The notes below the pieces were generated by a model. That model was given only the letters and a program-made list of their open reading frames with translations, had not been told where the DNA came from and did not search any database. A program made the position numbers and the translations under genes. From Candidatus Poribacteria bacterium (GTDB lineage: Bacteria; Poribacteria; WGA-4E; WGA-3G), in NCBI GenBank assembly GCA_965242965.1, contig OZ251518.1, positions 2,368,001 to 2,432,000 on the forward strand: a stretch of 64,000 bases of DNA, read 5' to 3'. This document shows, in pieces, positions 9,573 through 20,352 of the stretch. Position 1 is the first letter of the stretch, and every line of letters begins with the position of its first letter.

Positions 9573-10928
9573 ATGGAAATTAAAAACAAAGCGACTCAGA
9601 TTAACCTATTCAATTTGAAAACCGTCCAGATGCGCGCCTTTCATACCACGTGGTTCGCATTCTTCCTCGCCTTTTTCGGATGGTTCGGCATTGCCCCGCT
9701 AATGGCAATCGTCCGCGAAGACTTGATGTTAACCAAGGCGCAAATCGGCAACACAATTATTGCCTCCGTGGCCATCACGGTAGTGGTGCGAATCTTAATC
9801 GGCCCGCTGTGTGACAGGGTAGGTTCGCGGAAGGCGTATACGTGGCTCCTCATCCTCGGTTCAATACCGGTGATGGGCATCGGGCTCGCGCAAAGTTATG
9901 AGACATTCCTGCTGTTTCGTTTGGCAATCGGTGCCATCGGCGCGGCGTTCGTTATCACGCAGTATCACACCTCCGTGATGTTTGCACCGAATTGTGTCGG
10001 TGCCGCGAATGCAACCACGGCGGGATGGGGGAACCTAGGCGGCGGTGTCACCCAGATGGTAATGCCGCTGCTCTTTACGGCGGTGCTCAGTTTCGGCGTG
10101 GATAAGTTCCTCGGATGGCGGCTCGCCATGATTATCCCCGGCGTTGCCCTATTTTTCATGGCGTTCGTTTACTACTTCTGCACGCAAGATGCACCCGATG
10201 GAAACTATAAGGAACTTCGCGCCCGCGGCGAAATGGAACCCGCCGAAGGCAAAGGCATGGAATCCTTCATGCTAGCCATTAAGGATTACCGCGTCTGGGC
10301 ACTCTTTGTCATTTACGCCGCCTGTTTTGGCGTGGAACTCACGATTAACAACGTCGCCGCGCTCTACTATCACGACAAGTTCCAATTAGATGTAAAGACA
10401 GCGGGAATCATCGCCGGGCTGTTCGGTTTGATGAACATTTTCGCCCGAACGATGGGTGGTGTTTTTTCCGATTTCTTCGCGAAGAAAATGGGATTGAGGG
10501 GGAGAGTGTTGTTTCTATTTTTCGTCCTCCTCGGCGAGGGTATCATGCTGATGCTGTTTTCGCAAATGGCGGTGCTTATCCTCGCTGTCGGCGTGATGAT
10601 AGTCTTCAGTCTCTTCGTGCAGATGTCCGAAGGCGCGACTTACGGGATTGTCCCGTTCATTAACAAAAAGGCGTTGGGGGCTGTCGCCGGCATCGTCGGT
10701 GCCGGTGGCAACGCAGGTGCAGTTGCCGCGGGCTTCCTTTTCCGGGCAGAGAGCATCACGATGCAGCAAGGGCTGCTCTATCTCGGTGCAGCGGTTGCTG
10801 TCGCTTCAGTTGCGACAGGACTCGTCCGGTTTTCACCGGCTGTTCAAGCGGCAGAGAAAAAGGCGTTTGATGCGGCACTCGCTGAGAAACAGCGTCTGAA
10901 GGCAGAAACTGGCAACGCTGTTGCCTAA
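9573..10928 (+). CDS. MFS nitrate/nitrite transporter (NarK/NRT2 family)
   Basis: Nitrate signatures AGWGNLGGG and AGIVGAGGNAG; FGVELT; multiple TM helices. Confidence 0.9.
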   Translation: MEIKNKATQINLFNLKTVQMRAFHTTWFAFFLAFFGWFGIAPLMAIVREDLMLTKAQIGNTIIASVAITVVVRILIGPLCDRVGSRKAYTWLLILGSIPVMGIGLAQSYETFLLFRLAIGAIGAAFVITQYHTSVMFAPNCVGAANATTAGWGNLGGGVTQMVMPLLFTAVLSFGVDKFLGWRLAMIIPGVALFFMAFVYYFCTQDAPDGNYKELRARGEMEPAEGKGMESFMLAIKDYRVWALFVIYAACFGVELTINNVAALYYHDKFQLDVKTAGIIAGLFGLMNIFARTMGGVFSDFFAKKMGLRGRVLFLFFVLLGEGIMLMLFSQMAVLILAVGVMIVFSLFVQMSEGATYGIVPFINKKALGAVAGIVGAGGNAGAVAAGFLFRAESITMQQGLLYLGAAVAVASVATGLVRFSPAVQAAEKKAFDAALAEKQRLKAETGNAVA

Positions 10929-10983
10929 TCAAAACCGCGGCGGGTAGGCGCGCTTTCAACGCGCGCCTACCCAAACGCAGTGT

Positions 10984-13110
10984 ATGGAGAAAACAGTGAA
11001 AACTTCAACAGGAAAAGCCGTGTGTCCCTATTGTGGTGTTGGCTGCGTTATCAGTGCTACGGTGCGCGATAATCAAATTATCAAGATTGCAACGGATGCG
11101 GCTCTCGCGCCGAATTACGGCATGCTCTGTCCGAAAGGCGCGCACCTCAAACAAGCGTTTCAGCATCCCGACGGCCGGCTCGCTTATCCGATGATTCGCG
11201 ACCGGCGCGGCGTGCCCCCGCGCCAGGTTACGTGGGATGAAGCCCTCGCGTTCACAGCAAACCGCTTGCAGGATATTCAATTGGAGCACGGCAAAGATTC
11301 GATCGCGTTCTACGGTTCTGGACAGCTGGACACCGAAGCCTCTTATGTTTTCAACAAATTGTTCAAGGGGTTCCTCCGCACCAATAACGTTGACACAAAC
11401 AGCCGGCTCTGCATGTCTTCGGCAGTGGTAGGTTATATTCAGACGTTCGGTTCGGATGGCCCGCCGACGTGCTACGAGGATATCCAGCACGCCGATGTGT
11501 TCCTGATTATCGGCGCGAATATGGCGGCGAATCATCCCGTGCTTTTCCAAATGATTCGGAAGCGGCGCGCGGTGGAATCCAACACGCGGATTATCACCGT
11601 CGACCCGAGGCGAACGAAAACGGCAGACTTCTCGGATATTCATGTGCCGCTCGCGCCCGGCAGCGATGTCGCATTCCTGCAACTTATTGCCAAACGGCTC
11701 CTCGCGATGGGCCGCGTTAATAGACGCTTTATTCGGCGCGGCACTGAAAACTTCAGCGCATACGAGAGCCATTTACAAAGCCTTGATGAGGAAGCATTGC
11801 TGGCGGCTTGCGGGGGTGGTGAGGCTTGGCATCCCGCGCGGATTGACGAAATCGTCGAATACCTCTCCAAGCCGAGTCGGTTGCTCAGTTTCTATTGCCA
11901 AGGCACGAACCAAAGCACCAGCGGGGTGGACAAAAACGTCGCGTTGATTAATCTCCATCTGCAATTAGGCGAAGTCGGTATCAAAGGAGCCGGTCCGTTT
12001 TCGTTAACGGGACAACCGAATGCGATGGGGGGACGTGAAGTCGGGTATCTGGCGCATCAACTGCCCGGTTATCGCGTCGTCACGAACGATATGCACCGTG
12101 CCTATATGGAAGGCGCGTGGCGATTGCCACCGGGTAGCATTGATGCGAAGCCGGGGTTAACTGCCGTGCCGATGTTCGAGGCAGCGGCAAAAGGCGATGT
12201 CCGCGCACTCTGGATTGCCTGCACGAATCCCGCTGTCAGCATGCCCGACACGAAGGTTTCGCAAGCCGGGCTCCGACGCGCAGACCTGGTTATTGTGCAG
12301 GACTGCTATTACCCCACGGAAACAGCAGAATACGCCGATGTCCTCCTTCCCGCGGCGCAGTGGGGAGAAAAGCGTGGCACGATGACGAATAGCGAACGCC
12401 TCGTTGTTCGCAGTGACCGGTTTCTCACACCGCCGGGAGAAGCGAAGCCGGATTGGTGGATATTCGCGCAAGTCGCCAAGGCGATGGGATTCAAGAGAAG
12501 TTTTGACTTCCACTCTATGGAAGAAGTCTGGGATGAATATCGCATGCTGACAGCGGGCACCCCGTGCGATCAGGTAGGGATGACGAACGAACGGCTTGCA
12601 AAAACCTCTTTGCAATGGCCCTGTCCGCATCCACGGCACCCTGGCACGGCGCGCAGATACACGCGTCGGCGGTTTCTCACGCCTTCCGGCAAGGCGCAGT
12701 TTCAAACCCCTGTCTATCGGCCACCGCAAGAGGAACCCGATGCAGATTTTCCCCTCGGTTTGACAACAGGCCGGGTCGCGAGTCAGTGGCATACCCGCAC
12801 CCGCACCGGCAAGGTGCCACAACTCGTAAAAAAAGATCCGGAACCGTTTGTGGAAATCCATCCTGACGATGCGGATACTTATGAAGTGCAAGATGGGGAG
12901 TGGGTTTATCTTGTGAGCCGCCGCGGCCGTTGCTATGCGCGTGCCCGTGTCACGGAGGCGATTCGGCGTGGGTTGCTCTTCACGCCGTTCCATTGGGGTG
13001 ATTTGTTCCACACCGAGACGAACGCGAATTATGTGACGACTTCGGCGGCGGACCCGGTATCAAAGCAGCCGGAGTTGAAGTTTTGTGCGGTTCGGATTGA
13101 GGCGGCATAG
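10984..13110 (+). CDS. Assimilatory nitrate reductase, molybdopterin catalytic subunit (NarB/NasA type)
   Basis: CPYCGVGC...LCPKG, NSRLCMSSA, SLTGQPNAMGGRE, LTTGR..QWHT.TRTG and DPVSKQPELK motifs. Confidence 0.92.
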   Translation: MEKTVKTSTGKAVCPYCGVGCVISATVRDNQIIKIATDAALAPNYGMLCPKGAHLKQAFQHPDGRLAYPMIRDRRGVPPRQVTWDEALAFTANRLQDIQLEHGKDSIAFYGSGQLDTEASYVFNKLFKGFLRTNNVDTNSRLCMSSAVVGYIQTFGSDGPPTCYEDIQHADVFLIIGANMAANHPVLFQMIRKRRAVESNTRIITVDPRRTKTADFSDIHVPLAPGSDVAFLQLIAKRLLAMGRVNRRFIRRGTENFSAYESHLQSLDEEALLAACGGGEAWHPARIDEIVEYLSKPSRLLSFYCQGTNQSTSGVDKNVALINLHLQLGEVGIKGAGPFSLTGQPNAMGGREVGYLAHQLPGYRVVTNDMHRAYMEGAWRLPPGSIDAKPGLTAVPMFEAAAKGDVRALWIACTNPAVSMPDTKVSQAGLRRADLVIVQDCYYPTETAEYADVLLPAAQWGEKRGTMTNSERLVVRSDRFLTPPGEAKPDWWIFAQVAKAMGFKRSFDFHSMEEVWDEYRMLTAGTPCDQVGMTNERLAKTSLQWPCPHPRHPGTARRYTRRRFLTPSGKAQFQTPVYRPPQEEPDADFPLGLTTGRVASQWHTRTRTGKVPQLVKKDPEPFVEIHPDDADTYEVQDGEWVYLVSRRGRCYARARVTEAIRRGLLFTPFHWGDLFHTETNANYVTTSAADPVSKQPELKFCAVRIEAA

Positions 13111-13353
13111 TGCCGGTTTTTTCACCGTCGTAAGGACAGCAGCGGCGTGCTGCCCCCGCGAGCGTTAGGGTGCGGGAACGATGGCGCGGGAAACCCGCTC
13201 GCATGCGCGTGTGGCATGCGAGGGCCCGCGCCCTACGGTAAGAGGCAGCGATTTGGGTCTAGCGCGGGACAGGCCCGCGCCCTACGAGAACCCCAGCATT
13301 GCATCGAGACCAGGAGGTCTCTCCTACCAGGAAAATGCCTTGATCCCGAGGTC

Positions 13354-15918
13354 CTACTTCCGAATTACCATCTTCTTGGTTGCGATGAAATCCCCCGCCA
13401 GCAGCGTGTAGAAATAGACACCGCTTGCAACCAGTTCTCCCCGCGCATTGCAGCCATCCCAATACGCGGCGCGTCCCTTTGTCTGATAGATACCCGCAGA
13501 CCTCTGGCCTAATGCCAACGTGCGGACTAACCTCCCATCTGCCGAATGAATGGAGACCGCCACCTCAGCAGGTTTTGCTAATTGATAAGGTATCCACGTT
13601 TCCGGGTTAAACGGATTCGGATAGTTCGCAAGCAGTGCTGTTTTTTTCGGTGTCAAACGTGCGAGGAGCTGTTCCAACTTCGCGATGCCGCGTTGATAAG
13701 TGGGATTGGTAAGGTCGAGTCGTTGCGCCTGCACGAGCCAGGCTTGCACCTCGGTGGCGGTTAGCCGCTGTGCGGCAGGTGCGGCGGGTGCCTCTCCTTC
13801 CTCGGCGGCTTCTTCGTTGGCGGCTCCAAGGTCAATTGCATCCGCAACAATCAAGAGATCAGCGATGGTGACAGCACCATCGCCGTTGACATCGGCGGGG
13901 TGTGCAGTGCCGGTGTGTCCGAAGTTCAAGGCGACGAGGGCCAAATCAAAGTTGTTGACGATGCCATCGCCGCTTACATCAACGTTAAGTAGCGGTTCCG
14001 GTGCAGGCGGCGCGACGATGCCATCGCCGCTTACATCAGCGTTAGGTGGCGGTTCCCATGCGGGCGGCGCAAGTTTCCACAGGAGCACTACGCTACCGGA
14101 AAGCGTCGCAAGTGTGCGGCCATCGGAACTGAAGACACCGCTTCCGGCATACCTCGTATCTCCTTGGAGTGTGTTTTCTTCAAGTTGTCCGGTGGCTACA
14201 TCCCACAAGAAAACGGTTTCGACCTCACTCCATGCGAGGGTGCGGCCATCCGGGCTGAAGACAACGCTACCCCCATGCCCTTGTAGGGTATTTTGGAGTT
14301 TTCCGGTAGTGGCATCCCACAGGCGGATTCCATCTCCACCTGATGCGAGGGTGCGGCCATCCGGACTGAAGACAACCCTATAGACACCGCGGCCCAGCCT
14401 TTGTAGGGTATTTTGGAGTTTTCCGGTAGTGGCATCCCACAGGCGGATCTCTCTATCTTCACCACCCGATGCGAGGGTGCGGCCATCCGGACTGAAGGCA
14501 ACGCTCCAGACATCGCCCCTATGTCCTTGGAGGATATTGAGGGGGTGTCCGGTGATTGCATTCCACAGACGAATGATGGTGTCCTTACTTCCTGATGCGA
14601 GGGTGCGGCCATCCGGACTGAAGACGACGCTGATGACTCTATCCGTATGCCCTTGTAGGGTGTTTTGGAGTTTTCCGGTAGTGGCATCCCACACACGGAC
14701 GGTTTCGTCCCGACTTCCCGATGCGAGGATGCGGCCATCCGGACTGAAGACGACGCTCAAGACATAATCCGTATGTCCTTGTAGGGTATTTTGGAGTTTT
14801 CCGGTAGTGGCATCCCACAGACGGATCTCTCCAACGTGACTTCCCGATGCGAGGGTGCGACCATCCGGGCTGAAGACGACGCTGTCGCCTGTGGCCGTAT
14901 GCCCTTGTAGGATGTTTTTTTCGAGAAGTTTTCCGGTAATGGCATCCCACAGGAGGATTTCTCCATCTCCATCTGATACGAGGGTCCGGCCATCGGGGCT
15001 GAAGACGACGCTAGAGACATAGTCCGTATGTCCTTGTAGGGTGTTGAGGAGTTCGCCGGTAGTGGCATCCCACAGGCGGATTCCATCTCCACCGCCCGAA
15101 CCGCCCGATGCGAGGGTCCGGCCATCGGGGCTGAAGACGACGCTAGAGACATAGTCCGTATGTCCTTGTAGGGTGTTGAGGAGTTCGCCGGTAGTGGCAT
15201 CCCACAGGCGGATTCCATCTCCACCGCCCGAACCGCCCGATGCGAGGGTCCGGCCATCCGGACTGAAGACAACCCCATAAACATTGCCCCAATGTCCTTG
15301 TAGGGTGTTGAGGAGTTCGCCGGTAGTGGCATCCCACAGGCGGAGTTCTCCACCGGCACCACCCGATGCGAGGGTGCGGCCATCCGGACTGAAGACAACC
15401 TTAGAGACACCGCCCCTATGCCTTTGTAGGATATTGAGGGGGTGTCCGGTGATTGCATTCCATAGACGAATGATGGTGTCCTCACTCCCCGATGCGAGGG
15501 TGCGGCCATCCGGACTGAAGACGACGCTAGAGACATAGTCCGTATGCCCTTGTAGGGTGTTGAGGAGTTTTCCGGTAGTGGCATCCCACAGGCGGATCTC
15601 TCCATCTCGACTGCCCGATGCGAGGGTGCGGCCATCCGGACTGAAGACGACGCTAGAGACACTGCCCGTATGCCCGGTGAGCAGTGCCACTTCTTGATAG
15701 GTACCCGTATCGTAGAGCCAAATCCCGATGGAACTCGCAACCGCAAGCAGGGTGTCATCGGGAGAATACGCAATATCTGCGATGCCGCCTTTGCCGAGGC
15801 GCAGGGTTGCGCCTTCGGGCAATCCCCATCGGGCGGAGTCTTCTTGGGCGGTGGCGGGTATCAGTGCCATCGCGGCGTTTAATAGCAGGGTTAAGGTGAA
15901 CAACGTTAATTTCTTCAT
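13354..15918 (-). CDS. Secreted WD40-repeat protein with dockerin-like repeats and a C-terminal sorting/FlgD-like domain
   Basis: Signal peptide; about 14 GH...VVFSPDGRTLASG...LWD repeats; ADVNGDGAVTIADL; LLANYPNPFNPETWIPYQL...SGVYFYTL tail. Confidence 0.9.
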   Translation of the reverse strand: MKKLTLFTLTLLLNAAMALIPATAQEDSARWGLPEGATLRLGKGGIADIAYSPDDTLLAVASSIGIWLYDTGTYQEVALLTGHTGSVSSVVFSPDGRTLASGSRDGEIRLWDATTGKLLNTLQGHTDYVSSVVFSPDGRTLASGSEDTIIRLWNAITGHPLNILQRHRGGVSKVVFSPDGRTLASGGAGGELRLWDATTGELLNTLQGHWGNVYGVVFSPDGRTLASGGSGGGDGIRLWDATTGELLNTLQGHTDYVSSVVFSPDGRTLASGGSGGGDGIRLWDATTGELLNTLQGHTDYVSSVVFSPDGRTLVSDGDGEILLWDAITGKLLEKNILQGHTATGDSVVFSPDGRTLASGSHVGEIRLWDATTGKLQNTLQGHTDYVLSVVFSPDGRILASGSRDETVRVWDATTGKLQNTLQGHTDRVISVVFSPDGRTLASGSKDTIIRLWNAITGHPLNILQGHRGDVWSVAFSPDGRTLASGGEDREIRLWDATTGKLQNTLQRLGRGVYRVVFSPDGRTLASGGDGIRLWDATTGKLQNTLQGHGGSVVFSPDGRTLAWSEVETVFLWDVATGQLEENTLQGDTRYAGSGVFSSDGRTLATLSGSVVLLWKLAPPAWEPPPNADVSGDGIVAPPAPEPLLNVDVSGDGIVNNFDLALVALNFGHTGTAHPADVNGDGAVTIADLLIVADAIDLGAANEEAAEEGEAPAAPAAQRLTATEVQAWLVQAQRLDLTNPTYQRGIAKLEQLLARLTPKKTALLANYPNPFNPETWIPYQLAKPAEVAVSIHSADGRLVRTLALGQRSAGIYQTKGRAAYWDGCNARGELVASGVYFYTLLAGDFIATKKMVIRK

Positions 15919-16304
15919 GTGGATTTCTCCGTTTGATATTGAGACCGGGAGGTCTCTCCTACTGATAACATTGAGACTTGAAGGTCTCGTCTATTCTTCC
16001 AATCCTAAAGACTTGAGCGAAAACCCACTTTTTTCGTAACGCGAGGGCCTGTCCCCCGCGCTACGGTAACACGAACCGTTTTTTTTCACCGTAGCGCGAG
16101 GGCCTGTCCCTCGCGATCTCCAGCGTCAAAAGGTGGTGTTTTAGATCCGACGGACCTGAAGAGACGTTTTTTCCATAGCACGAACGATGGCGCGGGAAAC
16201 CCGCTCGCCTGCGCGTGTGGCAGGCGAGGGCCCGCGCCCTACGAAAACCCCGGCGTTGCATCGAGACCGGGAGGTCTCTCCTACCGAAGCGCGGCGATCC
16301 CTGT

Positions 16305-17252
16305 TTAGAACCCCAACTGCTTATTCACAACGTTCTCCAACGGCTCACCCTTCAAATACCGCTCAAGGTTATCCAAGAAGAACGAAGTCGCCCGATGCTG
16401 ACGGTGCTGCGAACCACCTGCCGAATGCGGCGTGATGATCACGTTGTCTAAATCCCATAACGGACTCTCCGCCGAGAGCGGCTCGACCTCGGTGACATCT
16501 AACCCCGCGCCGGCGATTTTGCGCGCTTGTAGAATTTCAATCAGATCGGGTTCGTTGACAATCGGGCCGCGGGCGACGTTGATGAAAAACGCTGTCGACT
16601 GCATCACGGAGAGATTTGACGCGTTGATTAGCCCGCGCGTCTCCTCAGTCAGCGGACACGCAATCATGACAACCTCAACGCGGCTCATCAGGTTCGAGAG
16701 CTGATCGATCGGCATCAGTTCATCGACGTTATCCGGCTTCTCGGTGCGATAAGCATCGACAGCGATGACGTGCATGTCAAACCCTTTCGCGCGCTTCGCC
16801 ATCTGCATCCCGATGCCGCCCATCCCGACAATGCCGATTTTGAATCCATCAATCTCAATCATCGGGGATTTGCCGCCGCCCCACTGATGCTTATCTTGGT
16901 TGCGGACAGCGTCGTGGATGCCGCGCGCCAAACCGAGGAGGAGCGCGAACGCCTGGTCTGCGACATGCGAGCCGTAAAGCCCGGCGGCGTTCGTCAAAAT
17001 GACATCGCTGTCGCGGAGCGCAGGATACATGTGCCTGTCCATCCCCGCGCTGGAGGCTTGGATCCACTTGATATTCGGCAGGTGCGGGAAAATCTCCTCG
17101 CTGCAGAACCCGTAGAATACTTCGGCATCCGTGCCTTCTGCGATGAGTTCTTCGCGGGAGCTCGGCGTAACGAAGGTATGTTCGGTGCCAGTAATCGCCT
17201 CCAAACGTTGGAGGAGTTCGCCTTCTAAACGTCCTTGTAATAGAATTTTCAT
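16305..17252 (-). CDS. D-2-hydroxyacid dehydrogenase
   Basis: GIVGMGGIG, INVARG, AGLDVTEVEPL and ITPHSAG motifs. Confidence 0.9.
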   Translation of the reverse strand: MKILLQGRLEGELLQRLEAITGTEHTFVTPSSREELIAEGTDAEVFYGFCSEEIFPHLPNIKWIQASSAGMDRHMYPALRDSDVILTNAAGLYGSHVADQAFALLLGLARGIHDAVRNQDKHQWGGGKSPMIEIDGFKIGIVGMGGIGMQMAKRAKGFDMHVIAVDAYRTEKPDNVDELMPIDQLSNLMSRVEVVMIACPLTEETRGLINASNLSVMQSTAFFINVARGPIVNEPDLIEILQARKIAGAGLDVTEVEPLSAESPLWDLDNVIITPHSAGGSQHRQHRATSFFLDNLERYLKGEPLENVVNKQLGF

Positions 17253-17379
17253 AAATTTTCCTTTCGGTTTCAGTGCGGACAGATATAGACATCTGTCCTT
17301 ACAGCCCGCTGGGTAGGAGGGACCTCCTGGTCCCGATGTGAAATATCGAGCCGGCGGGTTCTCCTACCGGTTTCTCGTG

Positions 17380-18276
17380 TTAGAGCCACGGCGGGTTTTC
17401 TGGGAGCAACGCCTGAAATGTGCCTAGCAATTCGGCTTCATAGACACCTGCGTATTGTTCGTTAAAGAACCTGTCCATCGCTTCGTCAAGGAAGCGGGCC
17501 CAGGATGCATCTTCGGCACCGGGATTCACAGGGAAAAACAGCGCGCCTACATCGCGGGCAGCTTTCAAATCGCCCGGCGAATCTCCGAGCATCAAGACGT
17601 GGTTTTCCGGATACCGGTCCTTCGTCGTTATCGTGAGATGTTCGGTTTTGGTGCCCATCTCCTGTCCGGCGATGAGCGCGACGTGCCGTTCGATCTGGTG
17701 TTCAGCCCATTCGCGTTTAAGTGCTTCGTCTGGCGTAGCGGAGACGACGATGACATCAGCCTTTCCCTGCAGCCGCTGCAACGTTTCTCGGACACCGGGA
17801 AATGGCGGGAGGTTATAGACAATCTCGGCGACGCTTTCGTTCACACCGAGGCTCCACGCCATCACCTGACTGAGTTCCTCGCGTTTCGCGCCGGTAGCGT
17901 TGTCAATCGCTTCTTGTAAGGCTGGATTACCGAGTTTGGTTTCGGTTGCAACCCAGTTGCGTAGATGTGGAAGTTCTGGCACGTTCACCCCCATCTTCTG
18001 CACAAGCGGCATTTGGCGGAGGAAATCGCACGAGAGCAAGATGGCTTTAAACCGATTCGTGCCGCGCGTCGTAGAGTAGAGGTTGACGAAATCCCACACT
18101 TGATGCACCTGCCGCGAGATGGAGGCAAGCCCGAAGTGTTTGACGAGATTGACGCTGAAGCAGTCGTTGTGTTTCACCTCCATGCTGTTGAAAACGCAAC
18201 CGTCCGAGTCAATGCCGACGAAGAACTCGTGTTGCGGTTGAAAATCGTATAAGGCTTGTTGCGGTTCGTGTGGCAT
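17380..18276 (-). CDS. HAD-superfamily hydrolase
   Basis: IDSDGCVF (motif I), VVSAT and MLGDSPGD motifs. Confidence 0.85.
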   Translation of the reverse strand: MPHEPQQALYDFQPQHEFFVGIDSDGCVFNSMEVKHNDCFSVNLVKHFGLASISRQVHQVWDFVNLYSTTRGTNRFKAILLSCDFLRQMPLVQKMGVNVPELPHLRNWVATETKLGNPALQEAIDNATGAKREELSQVMAWSLGVNESVAEIVYNLPPFPGVRETLQRLQGKADVIVVSATPDEALKREWAEHQIERHVALIAGQEMGTKTEHLTITTKDRYPENHVLMLGDSPGDLKAARDVGALFFPVNPGAEDASWARFLDEAMDRFFNEQYAGVYEAELLGTFQALLPENPPWL

Positions 18277-18294
18277 AGAGCCCTCCTGTCCTGA

Positions 18295-19758
18295 TTAATC
18301 GATAACGACTTCCGGGCGGCCGTCTAACATCCATTCGGTGTGGAACACCGTCGGTTCGCCGTTTTCGCCGAGGATAGTGTTTCCATCGGCATCAAGTTTA
18401 TGATAGGTGTGCGCGCCGAAGTAATCGCGCATCGCTTGGATGAGGTTCGCCGAAAGCCGCCCGCTACGATAACTATCGAAATAGGCGAGCGCGGAACTGA
18501 ACGCCGGCATCGGCACGCCGAGCTGCGTCGCTGTCGCGACGACATGCCGCCACTGCGGTTGCGCCTTCTCAATCACCTCGCGAAAATAGTCGTCAAGCAA
18601 GAGATTCGGCAAGGCAGGGTTCCTCTCAAACGCCTCGGCGATGCGGTGCAGGAATTTCGCGCGGATGATACACCCGCCGCGCCAGCCGAGACTGATACTC
18701 CCCAGTTCGAGGTTCCAGTCAAATTCCTTGCTTGCTTCTCGCATTAAGGCGAACCCTTGCGCGTAGGAGCAGATCTTCGCGGCGTAAAGCGCGTCGTGAA
18801 TAGCCGTGAGAAATTCGTCGCGGCTGCCTTCGTAGAGCCCGCTGGGGCCCTTGATAATCTGTGATGCTTCCACCCGTTCGCTTTTGATGGCAGAGATGCA
18901 TCGCGCGAAAACCGCCTCGGCGATAGTGGGGGCAGAGATGCCTAAGTCAAGCGCGGAGATGCTCGTCCATTTGCCTGTGCCTTTCTGTCCCGCCTGATCG
19001 AGAACAACATCGACAAAGGCAGCACCGCCGGCATCAAGTTGCGTAAAGATGTCTGCCGTGATTTCGATTAAGTAAGAATTCAGTTCGCCGCTGTTCCATT
19101 CGCTGAACACTTCGTGCATCTCCGCTGCTTCCATGCCGAGGGTGTTTTTCATCAGCGCATAAGCCTCGCAGATGAGTTGCATGTCGCCGTATTCGATGCC
19201 GTTATGCACCATCTTGACGTAGTGTCCCGCGCCGTTCGGGCCGATATAAGAACAGCAGGGAGTGCCGTCCACTTGCGCGGCAATCTGGGTGAAAATGGGT
19301 TCAACGAGCGCGTAAGCCTCCGGCGAGCCGCCGGGCATCATCGCTGGGCCCTTGAGCGCGCCCTCCTCGCCGCCGGAGATCCCCGTGCCGATGAAGAGGA
19401 TATCGCGTTCGGCGAGTGCCGCATGCCGACGGATAGTATCCATAAAATTAGAGTTACCGCCATCAATAACCAGATCACCGGTGGAAAGGTGCGGCACTAA
19501 CTGCGCGATAAATGCATCGACTGGTTCCCCCGCCTTCACCATCAAAATGATTTTCCGCGGTGTCTCCAATTCTTCGATGAGCGCTGGAATGGCGTGCGCG
19601 CCGACAATATTTTTCCCCTTCGCCGCGCCTGATATGAAAGCGTCAACGCGTGACACGGTGCGGTTAAAGACGGCGACTTCAAACCCGCGGCTTTCGATGT
19701 TCAGCGCGAGGTTTTCGCCCATCACCGCCAATCCGATAAGTCCAATATCTGCTGCCAA
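18295..19758 (-). CDS. gnd: NADP-dependent 6-phosphogluconate dehydrogenase
   Basis: GLAVMG, GHYVKMVHNGIEYGDMQ, QKGTGKWT and RDYFGAHTY motifs. Confidence 0.95.
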   Translation of the reverse strand: MAADIGLIGLAVMGENLALNIESRGFEVAVFNRTVSRVDAFISGAAKGKNIVGAHAIPALIEELETPRKIILMVKAGEPVDAFIAQLVPHLSTGDLVIDGGNSNFMDTIRRHAALAERDILFIGTGISGGEEGALKGPAMMPGGSPEAYALVEPIFTQIAAQVDGTPCCSYIGPNGAGHYVKMVHNGIEYGDMQLICEAYALMKNTLGMEAAEMHEVFSEWNSGELNSYLIEITADIFTQLDAGGAAFVDVVLDQAGQKGTGKWTSISALDLGISAPTIAEAVFARCISAIKSERVEASQIIKGPSGLYEGSRDEFLTAIHDALYAAKICSYAQGFALMREASKEFDWNLELGSISLGWRGGCIIRAKFLHRIAEAFERNPALPNLLLDDYFREVIEKAQPQWRHVVATATQLGVPMPAFSSALAYFDSYRSGRLSANLIQAMRDYFGAHTYHKLDADGNTILGENGEPTVFHTEWMLDGRPEVVID

Positions 19759-19923
19759 ATTTGTATTCCTCCGAAATTCGCTCCGGGTAGGTGCGGTTTC
19801 AAACCGCGCCTACGGGGTTTCGTTTTGCGTCCGTTCTCTTTCGCTTACACTATAATAAATTGAAAAGGAAATCGTGTCAAGAAAAAAAGAGACGCGTCTG
19901 CTATAACTTGGCATAATTTTATT

Positions 19924-20253
19924 GAGGGTGTTTCATAACTCAAGAAACCGTCCGGTTACCGTAGCGCGGGGGCCTGTCCCCCGCGAGCGTTTCAAAAAAT
20001 AAATGCCGATTTACCGTAGCGCGAGGGCCTGTCCCTCGCGATCGTTACATGGCGAGGGACAAGCCCTCACCCTACAGTAAATCGGGGCGTTTTTTGTCGA
20101 CCCGTTCGGGAGCAGGCGCTCCCGAACTACGGTCTTTTACAAGGTCTAGGCATGGCGAGGGACAGGCCCTCGCCCTACGTGAAGGGGCGACGTTTTTTTA
20201 CCGTAGCGCGAGGCCTGTCCCCCGCGACGTTGAGCGAGTTATGAAACCCCCTC
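19924..20253. mobile_element. Composite MITE: 18 bp TIRs enclosing REP palindromes, 9 bp TSD
   Basis: Left GAGGGTGTTTCATAACTC, right GAGTTATGAAACCCCCTC; AATTTTATT duplicated at 19915-19923 and 20254-20262. Confidence 0.8.
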
Positions 20254-20352
20254 AATTTTATTAAACCTTTTTTTGCAAATTCACGTCAAACCAATAGTGC
20301 CTGTTATCGCAACATTTGCCGCCCGGCGCAATCGGCCGGAAAGGAACCCACA

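Noticed and set aside
8865-9589. Short ORFs with ARGPVPR/RGTGPR peptides (also near 16 kb, 24 kb, 44 kb, 55.5 kb and 62.6 kb)
   Set aside because: They are translations of intergenic REP arrays, with no SD or protein-family features
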